Of a stretch of DNA of 64,000 nucleotides, positions 27,421 to 42,425 are shown in pieces. Numbering within the stretch: position 1 is the first letter of the stretch; each line of letters begins with the position of its first letter. This DNA is from Eledone cirrhosa. Its lineage: Eukaryota. Location: assembly GCA_964016885.1 (NCBI GenBank), contig OZ024744.1, positions 25,358,001 through 25,422,000 on the forward strand, written 5' to 3'. A program made the position numbers and the translations under genes. Below the pieces are notes generated by a model. The model saw only the letters and a program-made list of their open reading frames with translations, searched no databases and was not told the DNA's origin.

Positions 27421-28814
27421 TAACACTAACATTTGGTACAATGTGTGTAGTTGGCAGAATCATAGGGGCTGCCATTCTTGGGAATAGCACACTGTAGATT
27501 TTTTCAAAAACCGTAATACATGCACAGCGAGAGAGAGGAACGGGTGTTAAAGAACTCGGTGAGGAAGGGAAACAATCTCTGGGCTACATTGTTTAACCCT
27601 GGAAAGGAGGTTGTCAGAGCCGGTGGTGTTGTTGATTTGAAAAAGAAACTGGAGATATTTTAACATTAACCAGTTGTATATGTGCATGAAGATGAGTCTG
27701 CTGGAGTGATAGGAGATTTATAACCACCCAGCCCTTCGGTGATTTTAGCTGAGTCGACTATCTACTACAAGCATTCAGACCAGGTTTCTGATCTGAGTAA
27801 TCACCTTCCCTCTCTCCCTTCTCCCATCAGACTTTGAGACCCTGGGAAGGATCATGTGCCCTGCTCTACCATTGCATACTGAAAAGTAATTAAACAAAAT
27901 GTTGGGTGCTAAACAGGCAGCAAGTGTGCAGGCTTTCTTGGTGGGGTACTACTCATAGAAGCTTCAAGTTAGTTAGCTGGCTATGACTGATAATATTGGA
28001 AATTATGTTAATCTTATCTGTTTCAACAACGTTGCTTTTGCATATTATAGTGTTGTATTTGGAATTGTTTTCAAAAAGGTGATTGTTATGCAGTTCTACG
28101 AGATTCCCGGTCATCTCCCTCCCGTCATCAGCTGCTACAAAGATGGGTGCTGCCTTAAGGTTCATTTTCCTTTTTGTTGTGGGAAAATACACTGAACACC
28201 CCCGCGTAACTAAAAGTGGACTAGGTGAAACTCTATAAATAAGAACTAAAGTGAGCTGTCAGAGGAACTGTGTGTACGGAGTCTTGTTGGTAGGAATTAC
28301 ACCTGGTGAATACCGTGGGTGTTACCCTCGTACAGATATACAAAACAGGTGTGTCACACCATCATTACATTTTTAAATTTCAAAACAGAAATTCTTCAAA
28401 ACAAGGAAAAGAAGCCAAAAAAAAAAAGGAAATAATCATGAATAGATCTCCCCTCCCCCTGCAGGGAGCAAATATGGAATATAACCTGTTCTTATTACAG
28501 CTGGTCATCTCAAGAATAAATACAACAGCAACACCTTAGTGAGGTAATATAATACGAAAAGCGCAGTCCCTACGGGAATTCTGTGCCAATGGATTATTAG
28601 ACAATTCATGTTCTTCTTCTTCTTCGTCTTCTTCGTCTTCTTCTTCTTCTGGAACCCCAATATATGACTGGTGGTTGAAAGTTTGACTAGCTTGTTTTTG
28701 AACTTATCCAATAGTATGTCAGATTTTCTATGAGATATAGTTGTTAACCTCTCACACAACCTTTCTCCTTTCCCAGAGAACGGTCACACGTCCCTTTTCA
28801 CAGTGCAAAGTAGC

Positions 28815-28902
<88 letters not shown>

Positions 28903-28914
28903 CCCTCTGTTATT

Positions 28915-29048
28915 GATTGGCGTCATATCTTTCCATCTCCGAAAGGATGAAAGGCCAAGTTGACTTGAATGGGATTTGAACTCAGAGCAAAGTGGCCGGG
29001 CTCACAATGTATTCATATGCACGGTTTAACGACTCTGCCGATTCATTG
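28915..29048 (-). mobile_element. Meta-like SINE fragment
   Basis: CCGAAAGGATGAAAGGCCAAGTTGAC..GGGATTTGAACTCAGA. Confidence 0.75.
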
Positions 29049-29146
29049 CTATGTTTTTATTTAGCCAAGTAGACTCCACCACCATATATATATATATATA
29101 TATATATATACCACAGACTATCAATATATATATATATATATATATA

Positions 29147-32100
29147 TCTCGATTCTTCTCTCCATTCGAACCCATTCATTCAATCACTTCTATGTCCTAA
29201 TTTCACACTATATCATATTTTCACCATTCTATATCATATCTTTTCTCTAAAAATCATATTTCCCCTATCACCGCATTTTCTCTACCGTATTTTCTTAAAC
29301 CAAACAAATCTTGTATTTTCGTTTATTGTTAAATTATGCCAAATTTTTTCTCGATTCTTCTCTCCATTCGAACCCATTCATTCAATCACTTCTATGTCCT
29401 AAATTCACACTATATCATATTTTCACCATTCTATATCATATCTTTTCTCTAAAAATCATATTTTCCCTATCACCGCATTTTCTCTATCGTAATTTCTTAA
29501 ACAAAACAAATCTTGTATTTTCGTTTATTGTTAAATCATGCCCAAAATACGGCGATCTTATCTTAAACCTTACATTCTCGCTAACAACCCATCATCCCTC
29601 CCTCCCGCCCCCACGCACCACCATTATTACGTGGACCAATCATAAGTCAGAGGCCCATACTATCGCTTAACTGGTTGCTTTTCGATATGATGGATGGACT
29701 ACGGAATTCTGGAGAGTTGAAGAGAGAAAAATGTGGACGCTCAGCGACAATGCCAAAGATAAAGCCAAATTCACCTCGTGGACGAGAATGCAAGCACTCC
29801 TCCTTGTTTCGGCCCAGGATGGCTAACATAACCCCCCCCCCCCCGCGCCCCACCGCTCCCACCCTCCAAACGCAATCCAAAACTTCAGAGTTGGTACCAT
29901 GAATGTAGGCACCTTAAAGGGTCGCTCTAACGAGGTTGTAGAAATGCTTGAACGTAAGGAGGTCGATGTTTGTTGTATTCAAGAGACCAGGTGGAGGGGA
30001 GGGTCGGCTAGATTCATCGTGGGTAAAGAGCGATGCTATAAGCTTTTCTGGGTGGGAAATGACAATGGGTTGGGTGGGGTAGGAATCATGGTAGCAGAAA
30101 AGTGGGCAGATAAGATAATAGACGTAAATAGAGTGAACGACAGAATAATTAAAATAAGACTTGTCCTCAATAAAACTACGGTGACAGTAATATCTGCGTA
30201 CGCACCCCAATCCGGACTGCCCCGCGCTATAAAAGACAGATTCTACGAGACACTGATGCTCGCTACCTCCCAAATAACCGACAGTGACTATATAGTTATT
30301 GCAGGCGACCTAAATGGTCACGTTGGACAACATTGTGACGGCTATGACGGAATCCATGGAGGCTATGGGTTCGGTACTAGAAATGAGGAAGGCTCCAGAA
30401 TCCTGGAATTCTGCGACGCAAATAACTTAACTATCTGTAACACTAACTTCAAAAAACGAGACAATCACTTGATCACCTATAGATCGGGGGAACACACAAG
30501 CCAGGTAGATTATATCCTTACGAGAAGACGTGACAGAGTGTCTGTTGTTAACACTAAATCCCACCCCCATGAAGAATTCACCTCCCAACATAGACTGATA
30601 ATTAGCGACCTCATAGTCAGGACGAGACGTACTAGACAGCGGAAGAGGACTATCCTCAGGAGAAAAATATGGAAGCTAAAGGACCCCATAGCCAGAAATA
30701 AATTTCAAAGCAAATTACTTGACGCTTTCGACAGTAAGGAAGAGCAATTAGAGTCGTATAATATAGAGGAACAGTGGGAATTCCTGAGAGCAAACCTGCT
30801 GACGGCGGCAGACGAAGTCTGTGGCTGGAGCAGGCCTGTAGGTAGGAGGAGAGTAACATGGTGGTGGAACAGTAAGGTGGAGGAGTCAATTAAGGCCAAA
30901 AAGCAGGCTTGGAAAGTATGGCGGGATGGGGGAAGTAGAGAAGACTATCAAGTGGCCAGGAGGGAAGCTAGGAGACAAGTGTACTTCGCAAGAAGGGAAG
31001 CAGAGGAAAGAAAGTTCAAGCATGTTCTACAACGTGAGGACCAAAAACGTGAGGTGTTCAGGATTGCCAGGCAATGTGTCAAGGAAAACCGTGATATTGT
31101 CGGGGAGAAGTGTGTACTTAACGATGATGGCATACTTGCCATCACCGACGCTGATAAGAAGGTAGCTTGGAAGTGTCACTACGAAAGGCTTCTAAATGAG
31201 GAGAACAAATGGGAGAAAGACAGTCTCCCCCAGATCGATCCAATAGAGGGACCAGCAGTGTTAGTTGAAGGTAGTATAATAAGTAAGGCAATCAAAGATA
31301 TGAAGACGGGTAAGGCGGCTGGGCCTTCGGAAATAGTTGCTGAGATGCTGAAGGCATCTGGTTCGGTGGGACACACCATGGTCACCCGGATAGTTAACCA
31401 AGTCGTACAGAATGGGGTTGTTCCGAAGGAATGGCGTAGCAGCATCATCGTTAACTGCTATAAGGGAAAAGGAGATGCCCTAGATAGGAGTAACTATAGA
31501 GGCATTAAATTAATCGACCAGGTCATGAAGGTCACGGAAAAAGTAATAGCGCAACTAATCAGAGAGAGAATTGATCTAGATGAAATGCAGTTCGGGTTTG
31601 TGTCAGGCAAAAGTACCACAGATGCTCTTTTCATTGTACGACAACTACAGGAGAAGTACCTAGCTAAAAGTAAACCCCTATACTTAGCTTTTGTCGACTT
31701 GGAGAAAGCCTTCGACAGAGTCCCCCGTTCCATTATCTGGTGGTCTCTTAGAAAACTAGGTGTTGACGAATGGCTTGTGAGAGCTATACAAGCCATGTAT
31801 AAAGAAACAGTCAGTAAGGTTAGAATTAACAACGAATATAGTGAAGAGTTTAGCGTAAAAGTTGGTGTCCATCAGGGCTCTGTACTTAGCCCCCTACTAT
31901 TTATTATTGCCCTTCAGGCTATAACAGAGGAGTTCAAGACCGGCTGCCCATGGGAACTCCTATACGCAGATGATCTAACGCTCATAGCTGAATCAATGAC
32001 CGAACTAGAGAAGAAATTCCAAACGTGGAAGCACGGCCTAGAATCAAAAGGCCTTAAAATTAACCTGGCTAAGACTAAAGTTCTAGTTTGTAGGAAAGAA

Positions 32101-33428
32101 AATAAGGCGGCGGTCCCATCGGGGAAATGGCCATGTTCAGTGTGTAGGAAAGGCGTAGGTAGAAACTCCATTTTATGTCCCAAATGCAAAGTATGGGTGC
32201 ATAAAAGATGTAGTGGGATCACAGGTAAGCTAACTAAGAACATAGATTTTACATGTGGCCGGTGCTCTGGTGCAATAAGTAGCAGGAAGTGCCCATAAAA
32301 TACTAGCTCCTTCAACTGCGCAGAGGGTTCTATAGAAATAGTGGACAGCTTCCGTTATCTGGGTGACAAAATCAGCAGTGGGGGAGGGTGCTCTGAAAGT
32401 ACAGTAGCTAGAGTCAGAACTGGATGGAAAAAGTTCAGAGAGCTTATACCACTATTAGCCGCTAGAGGGTTCTCCCTAAAAATGAAAGGCAGGTTATACG
32501 ATGCCTGCATACGAACAGCAATGCTGCATGGCAGTGAGACCTGGGCATTGTGTGCAGAGGATATACGCAGACTAGAGAGGAACGAAGCTTGCATGCTCCG
32601 CTGGATGTGCAATAGTAATATACGTGAACGGCAAAGCATAAACGAACTAAGGAAAAAATTAGAAATAAGAGGGATCAGATGTTGTTTACTCGAGAGAAGG
32701 CTACGTTGGTACGGTCACGTGATGCGCATGAAAGACGACAGCTGTATAACAAAGTGCAGGGCAATAAAGATAGACGGTAGCCACGGAGTAGGCAGACCCA
32801 GAAAAACATGGGACGAGCTGATAAATTCCGACCTCACACGCTTACACCTCTCCAAGACAATGTCACTGGACCGAGACCTTTGGCGGTACTCAGTAATAGA
32901 GAAGACCCGCCTTACCTAAATACAAAGTAAAAACCTACTACAGTCAGTAGGCACCTCTATCAAAACACACCCCCGTCCCACCACCTCCACCCCACCCACA
33001 CCGCCCCTTTCAATGTAAAGTTATGTTGGTCCCACAACATCCAGGCCGAAACAAATGAGATCGTGTAGGTGTCACGACAAAAAACACACAGTCCACGCTG
33101 TAAATGTGGCCGTGTAGGCAACACGGTAAAAACCTCCCAGCCCCACACTGTAAATGTGGTTGGTGTTAGGAAGGGCATCCAGCTGTAGAAAACCCGCCAG
33201 ACAGTCCACGCTGTAATGTGGCCGTGTAGGCAACACGGTAAAAACCTCCCAGTCCCACACTGTAAATGTGGTTGGTGTTAGGAAGGGCATCCAACTGTAG
33301 AAAACCCGCCAGACAGTCCTATGCGAGCAAGACAACCACTCTTGCCTCAAGTGGGAAAACCCCCGTCCAAACCCATGCAAGCGTGGAACACGGACGCTAA
33401 ACCTGATGATGATGATGATGATGATGAT
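29147..33428 (+). mobile_element. RTE-clade LINE, near full length, with (TGA)n tail
   Basis: Single long APE-RT reading frame with UTRs and a (TGA)n tail at 33404-33428. Confidence 0.93.
29899..32919 (+). pseudogene. RTE ORF: AP endonuclease + reverse transcriptase + PHD-like Zn finger; one in-frame TAA at 32296-32298
   Basis: MNVGTL, CIQETRW, SAYAPQ, GDLNGHVG, DYIL, SQHR; NYRGIKL, FVDLEKAFD, GVHQGSVLSPLLF, LYADD; CSVC..C..C..H..C..C..C; LRWYGHV, GRPRKTW. ORFs 29899 and 32341 are in the same frame. Confidence 0.93.
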
Positions 33429-33439
33429 ACACATACATA

Positions 33440-34790
33440 TATAAATACATATAGAGAAGACAGCCAAGGAGTATAAATAAATCTTAAGCAAATCATAATA
33501 CCAAATGATCGTGGGGTACATAAAGCAGTTTGGAAAACGTGTGCACTTCTTCCAGGATAGAAAGATATCTAAATGAGATTGGGATACTACACCCCCCTCC
33601 CCCCCCCCCCCAAAAAAAAACATATATCGTATAATGCACTGGATGACACGCCAGCATCAGTGAAAGTTCAAACATTGTAGATGAGGTCGGGGGAGTAATC
33701 TGGAAGAAAAGTATTCGGCACAGTGAAAAAGTACAATAGATGAGAAAGGAAGAGGATTAAAATGATACAATGGCAGCCGAAACATTGTCCAGCATAACTA
33801 GTAAAGTATTCAGCAACACGTTGAAAGCGACTTATAGCTGGAGAGTCCCTTACACTGACAAACTTCCTACAGACTGGCTGAAACAATGAATATAAGACAA
33901 TCAATAAGCTGGTGAGCGAACTAGAGACAAGAACGCGAGGATCACTGGAGGAGAAAACAATACTAATTCCGAAAAAAAAAGAAAAGAAAAAAATAACACT
34001 CGAGACCTTAAAATTTACAGGCCTATAACTTATTTCCCAACAACCCACAAAAACCTTATATTTATATTCTATGGTAGGTTGGCTGCTCACCTGGAAACTA
34101 ATAACAAATTAACAGAGCAGAAATGTTTCCAGTAAGGGCTATATGGTTGTAAAGACCAGCCAATGGTTAAATGAACAAGAGTAAAAGATATGAAAAAAAA
34201 AAATAATAATAAATAAAATAAATAATTTGCATGACATGGACTGATTACCGAACAGATTGTAATGGCAGAATCTTGGATACCGGAGACATTCCGAATAAAT
34301 AAAACAACTCCATTACTAACAACGTACAACAACAATGTCATGTCAAAATAGAAAAGGACAATAATCCACCACAACACGAAGGAAAATAATTAAAACCAGA
34401 CTCATAAGAATAACATGGAGAATGTTCCAGGAAACTCCTTATCCCCGTAACCTCTTACCTAGTTCTGCATCCATTAACAAATCTCCTGATGACACCACCA
34501 ATGGAAATTTATGCTATGGAGAAGCCATAAATTATCTCCTCTTTAGACCTAATGTGAAACGATTTACAAAAGATATCTATTTGGAAAAAACCTACTAACA
34601 ATTGAAGAGACAAATTCAGTAGAACTTTAATATTAAATCTAATAGAAACACTGAATACAGAACCATTCATATACGTAGAAATAGATGAAACGGATAAGAA
34701 ACAACATGCATAAGTTAATGAGAAAATTAGAAGAAAATTTAGATTGAGAAGAAAGAATGTAAAATAAGAAAATATAGAAAAAAAACATTG
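33440..34790 (+). pseudogene. Old degraded R4/Dong-like RT
   Basis: Remnants KTILIPK, YRPIT, GLYGCKDQ, WTDY and FQ/NSLSP; probably resumes at ~35390-35480 and ~36030-36260. Confidence 0.6.
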
Positions 34791-35385
34791 AAAAGGGGGA
34801 GAATGGCAAGGACTCTAGTGTCACAGAAGAATAGAGAGAGGGGGGATTGGGCTCTGAGAAAAGGATGTGGTGGTAATGTGGCTGTGCCCCGCGGACAAGA
34901 CCACAAAAGCATTCCTGCGGATAATGGCCAGCGACACCCACTGCAGACGGACCACCGAGGTTCCGTTCTTGCAGAGGAGCTCAACAGTACGGGGAACAAG
35001 TACGCCTGAGGCCTCGATCGTGATCGGTGTGAAGAGGAAGTGGCCGGACAATCCTCGGCATTCGTTTATCTTCCTTTCCTCTGCATAGCGGGCCTCGGTT
35101 CCGGTTTGTGGCCGAAGAGACTAAGTTGGAGGTGGAGAACATGTCAATATGTGGCATCTCAGATGCGGGATTTACCTCTTCGAATGAAAAGTGGGTAATC
35201 CTGCCGGGGTGTGTGCTATCTCTGCGGCCAAGACCTGCTGGCTCCAGTTGTGATGGAGAGCCAGTTGCGTCTACGGTTCCTTTTCAATATATCATTGAGA
35301 GTGGCATGTCGTGGGAACCGGGCTGCGCTCTGGCGGCAAGACAATAGGTGCAGGCTGTATTTGTCAATGACTGCTCCGCAGCGGC
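34790..35385 (-). mobile_element. CRE-clade-like LINE 3' fragment (RLE domain)
   Basis: GC-rich; minus-strand LHLLSCRQSAARFPRHATLNDILKR, PSQLEPAGLGR, FLFTPITIEASGV and WVSLAIIRRNA. Confidence 0.75.
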
Positions 35386-35484
35386 ATTAATAAATTAGAA
35401 AATTAGAAAAGAATACTAAAGAAGAGTCAGACTAATATTTTGAAGAAATAACTCAGTGCTATAAATAAAATCATATGTATAATG

Positions 35485-35697
35485 ATTTTTACTTTAGGCA
35501 CGAGGCCAGAAATGTTGCGGAGGGAAAAGTCGATTAAATCGACCCAGTGCATTACTGGCAATTTATTTTATCGATCTCATAAGGATGAAAGGCAAAGCTT
35601 ACCTCGGCAGGATTTGAACTCAGAACGTAAAGGGTCATAACTCTATGATGTGAAGCATGGCGTCCGACGCTCTACCGATACAGCCAATCCATCGCCG
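35485..35697 (-). mobile_element. Meta-like tRNA SINE
   Basis: AAGGATGAAAGGCAAAG..GGATTTGAACTCAGAAC..CAGCCAATCCATCGCC. Confidence 0.85.
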
Positions 35698-35729
35698 TAG
35701 CTAGATAGATAAATAGACAGATAGATAGA

Positions 35730-36020
35730 TATATTTCTTTATATACCACAAGGGCGCACAAGAAAAGGGGACAATACAAAGACACATGCTGGGGATTATA
35801 AATACAATCATGTAGAAAATGTTAACATACAAATTCAACACTCGAAATCCCCAATGGGGGAGGGGGGGGGGGGGAGTAGGCGTTACAAATGGGTTATTTT
35901 ATACCCCGTAGATAGAACAACCCTCAACTTCAGGAACGTGTTGTGCAAGTGCTCCCTTCTTCCTTTTGCTCTCTTCTTCAACTTACAGGTTTATATACAG
36001 AGAAGGGCCAATCACTCGAC
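35730..36020 (-). mobile_element. 3' fragment of Tx1/L1-clade LINE
   Basis: Reverse complement resembles 41680-41945; flanked by (AGAT)n and (AGAC)n. Confidence 0.85.
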
Positions 36021-36301
36021 AGACAGACAGGTATAATCATAGGTATAATAACTACACAACCATTTCAGTTAACATCTTCTGAGTGTCAAAGTAAGGAGAA
36101 AGTAGTTAAGGAATATGAAGATCTAAGACAGAATAACTTGAAGATAGCATTTCTAAGCCATTGCCCTACTATCGCTATAAATCTCATATACCTTATAGAA
36201 ATACATCGAAGGCGAGGTTTTCTGCAATTTAACAGAGGTATTATGAAATAACATTGGATTTAGAAATATACTATCTATTTATCTATCTACCTATCTATCT
36301 G

Positions 36302-38129
<1,828 letters not shown>

Positions 38130-38130
<1 letters not shown>

Positions 38131-38262
38131 CGCATCCTCCCTATTGAGGACTGTATTGTTAATTTTATATTTGTTATTTGTTTTTTACTCGTTCCTTTAT
38201 GTAACCACCACCCCTTTGTATTTGTCCCCTTCTTTTGTGCCCTCATGGCAAATAAATAGAAA
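38130..38262 (+). mobile_element. Short 3'UTR fragment of the same Tx1-like group
   Basis: TCCCTATTGAGGA..TTTGTATTTGTCCCCTTCTTTTGTGCCCTCATGGCAAATAAA between (TCTA)n tracts. Confidence 0.75.
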
Positions 38263-38279
38263 CTTATCTATCTATCTAT

Positions 38280-41200
38280 CTATCAATGTGCGTTGCCTAG
38301 GGATGCCCTGGAAACAGGGCCAACTTTTAAACGACCTTAGATCAACCGGTATGGATGTGATAGCCATCACCGAGTCCAGGATCCACAACAGGCAGCAACT
38401 AACCCCCATCTTCGACGACTTTGAGATCTACGCATCTCTCTGTCATCCAGGAGGTGGAGGGGGAGTGGCTGTCATGTTTCAGAAGAACCTGGACGTCGAA
38501 GTACAGCAAGTACACTTGGACCCGGAGGGTAGACTGGTAGTCCTAGACGTGAACAGTTTTGGAGGTGGAGCCTTCAGACTGGTGGCCGTTTATGCCCCGA
38601 CCAGGCAATCGCAATCACGGCCAGACTTCTTTAAGCGTCTAGAGTCTTTTCTGGGAACGTCTCGCTCCTTACTTTTAGTGGGGGGACTGGAATGGTATCC
38701 TAGATGCACGATGGGACTATGTGGGAGCATGCTCCAGTAAAGGGGGGGGGGGGGGGGGGGCAACAGCATCAAAGCTTTAATCGGCCAATTCCAACTGGCC
38801 GATAGATATTGACTGGATTTCCCAACTGTACCACAGTGGACGTGGGCAAATCGCAGCGGGACATCTAGATCGTATTTAGATAAGTTCTTCATTAAAGAAA
38901 GGGACAAGGAGATGTTAAGCTGTCCACGAATGCACATGGTTGCCTACTCAGATCACAAATTAGTCGTCTGTTTAGTCCACCGTGATAGAATACATAGACA
39001 GGGACTCGGATACTGGAAGCTGAACGTGTCGTTGCCGGCACGTAAAGCTTACAGTGAACGGATAAGTAGACTAGTCAAGCAGGAGTTAACGGGAGCCATC
39101 GTCAACAATAGATAGTGGTACTCTCTCAAGAAAGCAATTAGAGTAGAATTGATAGAGTTTAGCAGAGAGTTAGCCTTAGAGAAAAACAAAATAGAAAGAG
39201 AACTGGTAGCCAAGGTCAGGAGGCACTTAGAAATGGCAATGCGGCTAGAGTGTTAGCGTCGAGAACTGCTCTGGACAAGTTCCTCGATGCGAAACACGAA
39301 GGCTGCGTGGTCAGAAGCAAAACACGTGCTCTAGGAAACGAAGGAGCGAAAGCTGTCAGCTGGACCCGAGTGGCGGAGGCAAAAAGTGGCAACAAGTCCA
39401 CAATTCGGTCTTTGAAAGACCAAAACGGACGCGTGCTACTTGACGCCAAGCAAATGTGCGCGGCCTTTCAGCAGCACTTTGCGGGACTGTTTGAGCAGGA
39501 CGACGGTGAGCCGAACGGGGTAATGAACTTTAGTTCATACCTCGACGGCCTGCCGTGTCTCTCGAACACGGACGCCGAGTTCTGCGAAAGACTGATCACG
39601 GACACTGAGATACGGGACGCTCTGGGCCGCTGCGGGAAACGCAAGTCACCTGGTCTAGATGGTCTACTCTATGAGTTTTACATAGGCATGCCGGACTTGT
39701 TCTCTGGCGTCCTCGAAGCCGTCTACTGCAATTGGCAGCAGAACGGGAGAATTCCCAGTTCTGCAGGCAAGGGCGTAGTAACGCTGATCAGGAAAGACGA
39801 GAACAAGGGGGACGAAATTAACAACTTCAGGCCCATAACTCTGTTCAACACAGAGTTAAAGATTTTGGCCAAGGTGCTAGCGACGAGGTTGGCGCTTGTC
39901 GTCCAGAACCTGGTAGGGAAAGCGCAAACGTGTGCAATCCAGACCAGGTCCATACACGACAACCTCCACCTCATGCGATCCATCATAGAGAGGGTGGGTA
40001 GTAAACCCGGCTTCGGTGGGGCTCTGATCAATTTAGATCAGTCTAAGGCATTCGATAGTGTCGACCATCGATACTTGGAAGCGGTTCTCAAGGCGGCCGG
40101 TTTCGGTCCCGTTTTCAGAGGTTGGATCGAGGCGATGTACATCAGCATCTGCTCGAGGTTCAAGGTGAATGGCTACCTATCGGAGCCGTTCGTAATCACG
40201 CATTCCATTCGACAGGGATGCCCTGTCTCCTCCATTCTGTATGTATTGACTCTAGAGCCACTACTGCGGAAATTGGAGCTGTTGCAGGGCATCCCTCTAG
40301 AACCGGGACTGCGCAAAACGGCGTCGGGTTATGCCGACGACGTGACGGTAATAGTGTCGAGCACCTCGGAAATTGGGGTGATCGGCAACTTACTGAAAGA
40401 ATACGAAACGCTGACGGGAGCAAAACTAAACCCAGACAAGTCTGTCGGTTTGCAACTCGGTACGTGGAGAGGCAAAACGATGACGTCCGACAGCGTCGTT
40501 GGACGCTGGACGGACGGACCGATGAAATTGCTCGGGGTCTGGTTCGGTCCAGACCTCCAGGTGGAGAAAAACTGGAACGAGGTCACGGCCAGGGTGTTTG
40601 CACTCACACAGATGTGGGCAGAGTGCAAACTGTCCTTGAAAGGTCGAGCGGGGGAGGAGAACACTTTCATAGCGTCCGTCATCTACTACAGCTTGACTGT
40701 CGTGCCTTGTCCTCGTGAATACTTCGCCAATATGGAACGCATGCTCTTCCAGTTTCTGTGGAAGAAGCAGGCTCCGCTGATGAGGAGAACCGTCTGCTGT
40801 CAGCACCCTTCCAACGAGGGGCCGGGAATGCCGTGGCTGATGATGCGCAAACATGCGCTGAGGCTGCGGTATCACCAGGTATTCCTCACCGACCCCCAAC
40901 CGGTTTGGGCACCGTTTGTGAGACAGGCTTTCCCGCAGCTCGTCTCGCTGACGGAGCTGCAGTCCTGGGTCAAAAAAGGCCGAAAACGATGGGCGCCTGG
41001 CACATTGAATGCGTTCAGGCGCTCACAGTCCTCTGGCAAGCGGGCACAGCAATCAGTGGAGACTCCACTTCAACATTCTATTGAGGGATTGTACGTTACA
41101 AGGGCGACGACGTGCTCGGAGAGACTCTGGGCGTCGAAGACGATGAGCTCACCAGTCTGTTTGATAGGACTTTCCGCCCGGGACCTATGGACAACTTCCA

Positions 41201-41945
41201 GTGGTCCCTGGCCTGGCAGTGCTACCGAGGGGCTCTACCGGTTCGTGACAAGATCTACAGGCACGGACGCCCCGGCAGGGATCCTTCCAAGAGGACGTGT
41301 CCAAGATGCACGCAGGACATTGAAACAGTCCCGCACGCAATTGTACACTGCCCGGGCGTAACCGACCTGTGGAAATATGCAGACCAACTGCTATCGCGTA
41401 TGGGACAAATCCAGTTGACTTCCGAGTCCATAGTAAGGATCAAACCGCCAGCCTCTTTCAAAAACGAAAGAGAGGCAGTTCTCCTCTGTACAGTGGCTAT
41501 GGTGAAAGAAGTTATATGGTGGACGAGATTGAGAGAACTGAGGACAGATGCCTTTCTCTCCGGACAACAATTGATTCCCTTCTTTAAGTATCACTTTAGA
41601 AGGAGAATCAGAGTGGAGAGAGAGGCACTTCACCCCAGTAAATTTACTGAAAGGTGGGTGAATGAAGCGAAAATGGCCCGACTGATTGGCCCTTCTCTGT
41701 TTATAAGCCTGTAGGTTAAAGAAGAGAGCAAAACGAAGAAAGGAGCCTTGCACAACAGGCTCCTGAAGTTGAGGGTTGTTCTATCGACGGGGTATTAAAC
41801 AACCTATTTGTGGCGCCTCCCCCCTATTGGGGATTTCGATTGTTGTAATTGTTTGTTTTATATTTTTACACGACTATATGTAAAATCCCCGGCATGTCTT
41901 TGTATTGTCCCCTTTTCTTGTGCGCCCTTGTGGCTAATAAAGAAA
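38280..41945 (+). mobile_element. Tx1/L1-clade LINE, whole ORF2 (APE + RT + Zn finger) with stops and frameshifts; ORF1 absent
   Basis: SINVRCL, IAITES, VAVYAP, SRSYLDKF, SDHKLV, YWKLN; KSPGLDGL, FRPITLFN, LDQSKAFD, IRQGCP, YADD; CPRC..ETVPHAIVHC; AATAAA then TATCT repeats. Confidence 0.93.
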
Positions 41946-41999
41946 TATATCTCTGTGTCTATCAATCTATCTATAATATCTATCTAGATATCGATATAT

Positions 42000-42042
<43 letters not shown>

Positions 42043-42045
42043 TTA

Positions 42046-42390
42046 ACGTGGCATGAAGTTTTTGGAATAACCCTTTAAATAAAAATGCACAATATATTGA
42101 AACTAACATTTATATATTCCGCAAAAAATAATCTCCATTGGATGCAATAACATCTTTACAGTGTTTATGCAAACAATTTAACTCTTTCTAAAACCGTTCA
42201 TTCGGTTAAACGATTCATCTACCACTTCTTCTAATGTAACGAAAACATATCTTCAAAGATGTTTTAATAACCTGAACAGCCAACGATTGCACAAAATTAT
42301 GTCGGGACTATAGGACGGTTGTTTGATCCTTGCTACTCATCTCCTCTGGAAAAAAATATTTTGTGGATTGAGCCGTTTGATGTGTGTTTT
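42046..42390 (-). mobile_element. Mariner-like transposon remnant (3' end)
   Basis: Minus-strand VIASNGDYF, like a mariner transposase C-terminus, next to a TIR-like end abutting (TA)n. Confidence 0.55.
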
Positions 42391-42425
42391 ATAAACTCAC
42401 AAGAATGACAGCAAAATAATTATGT

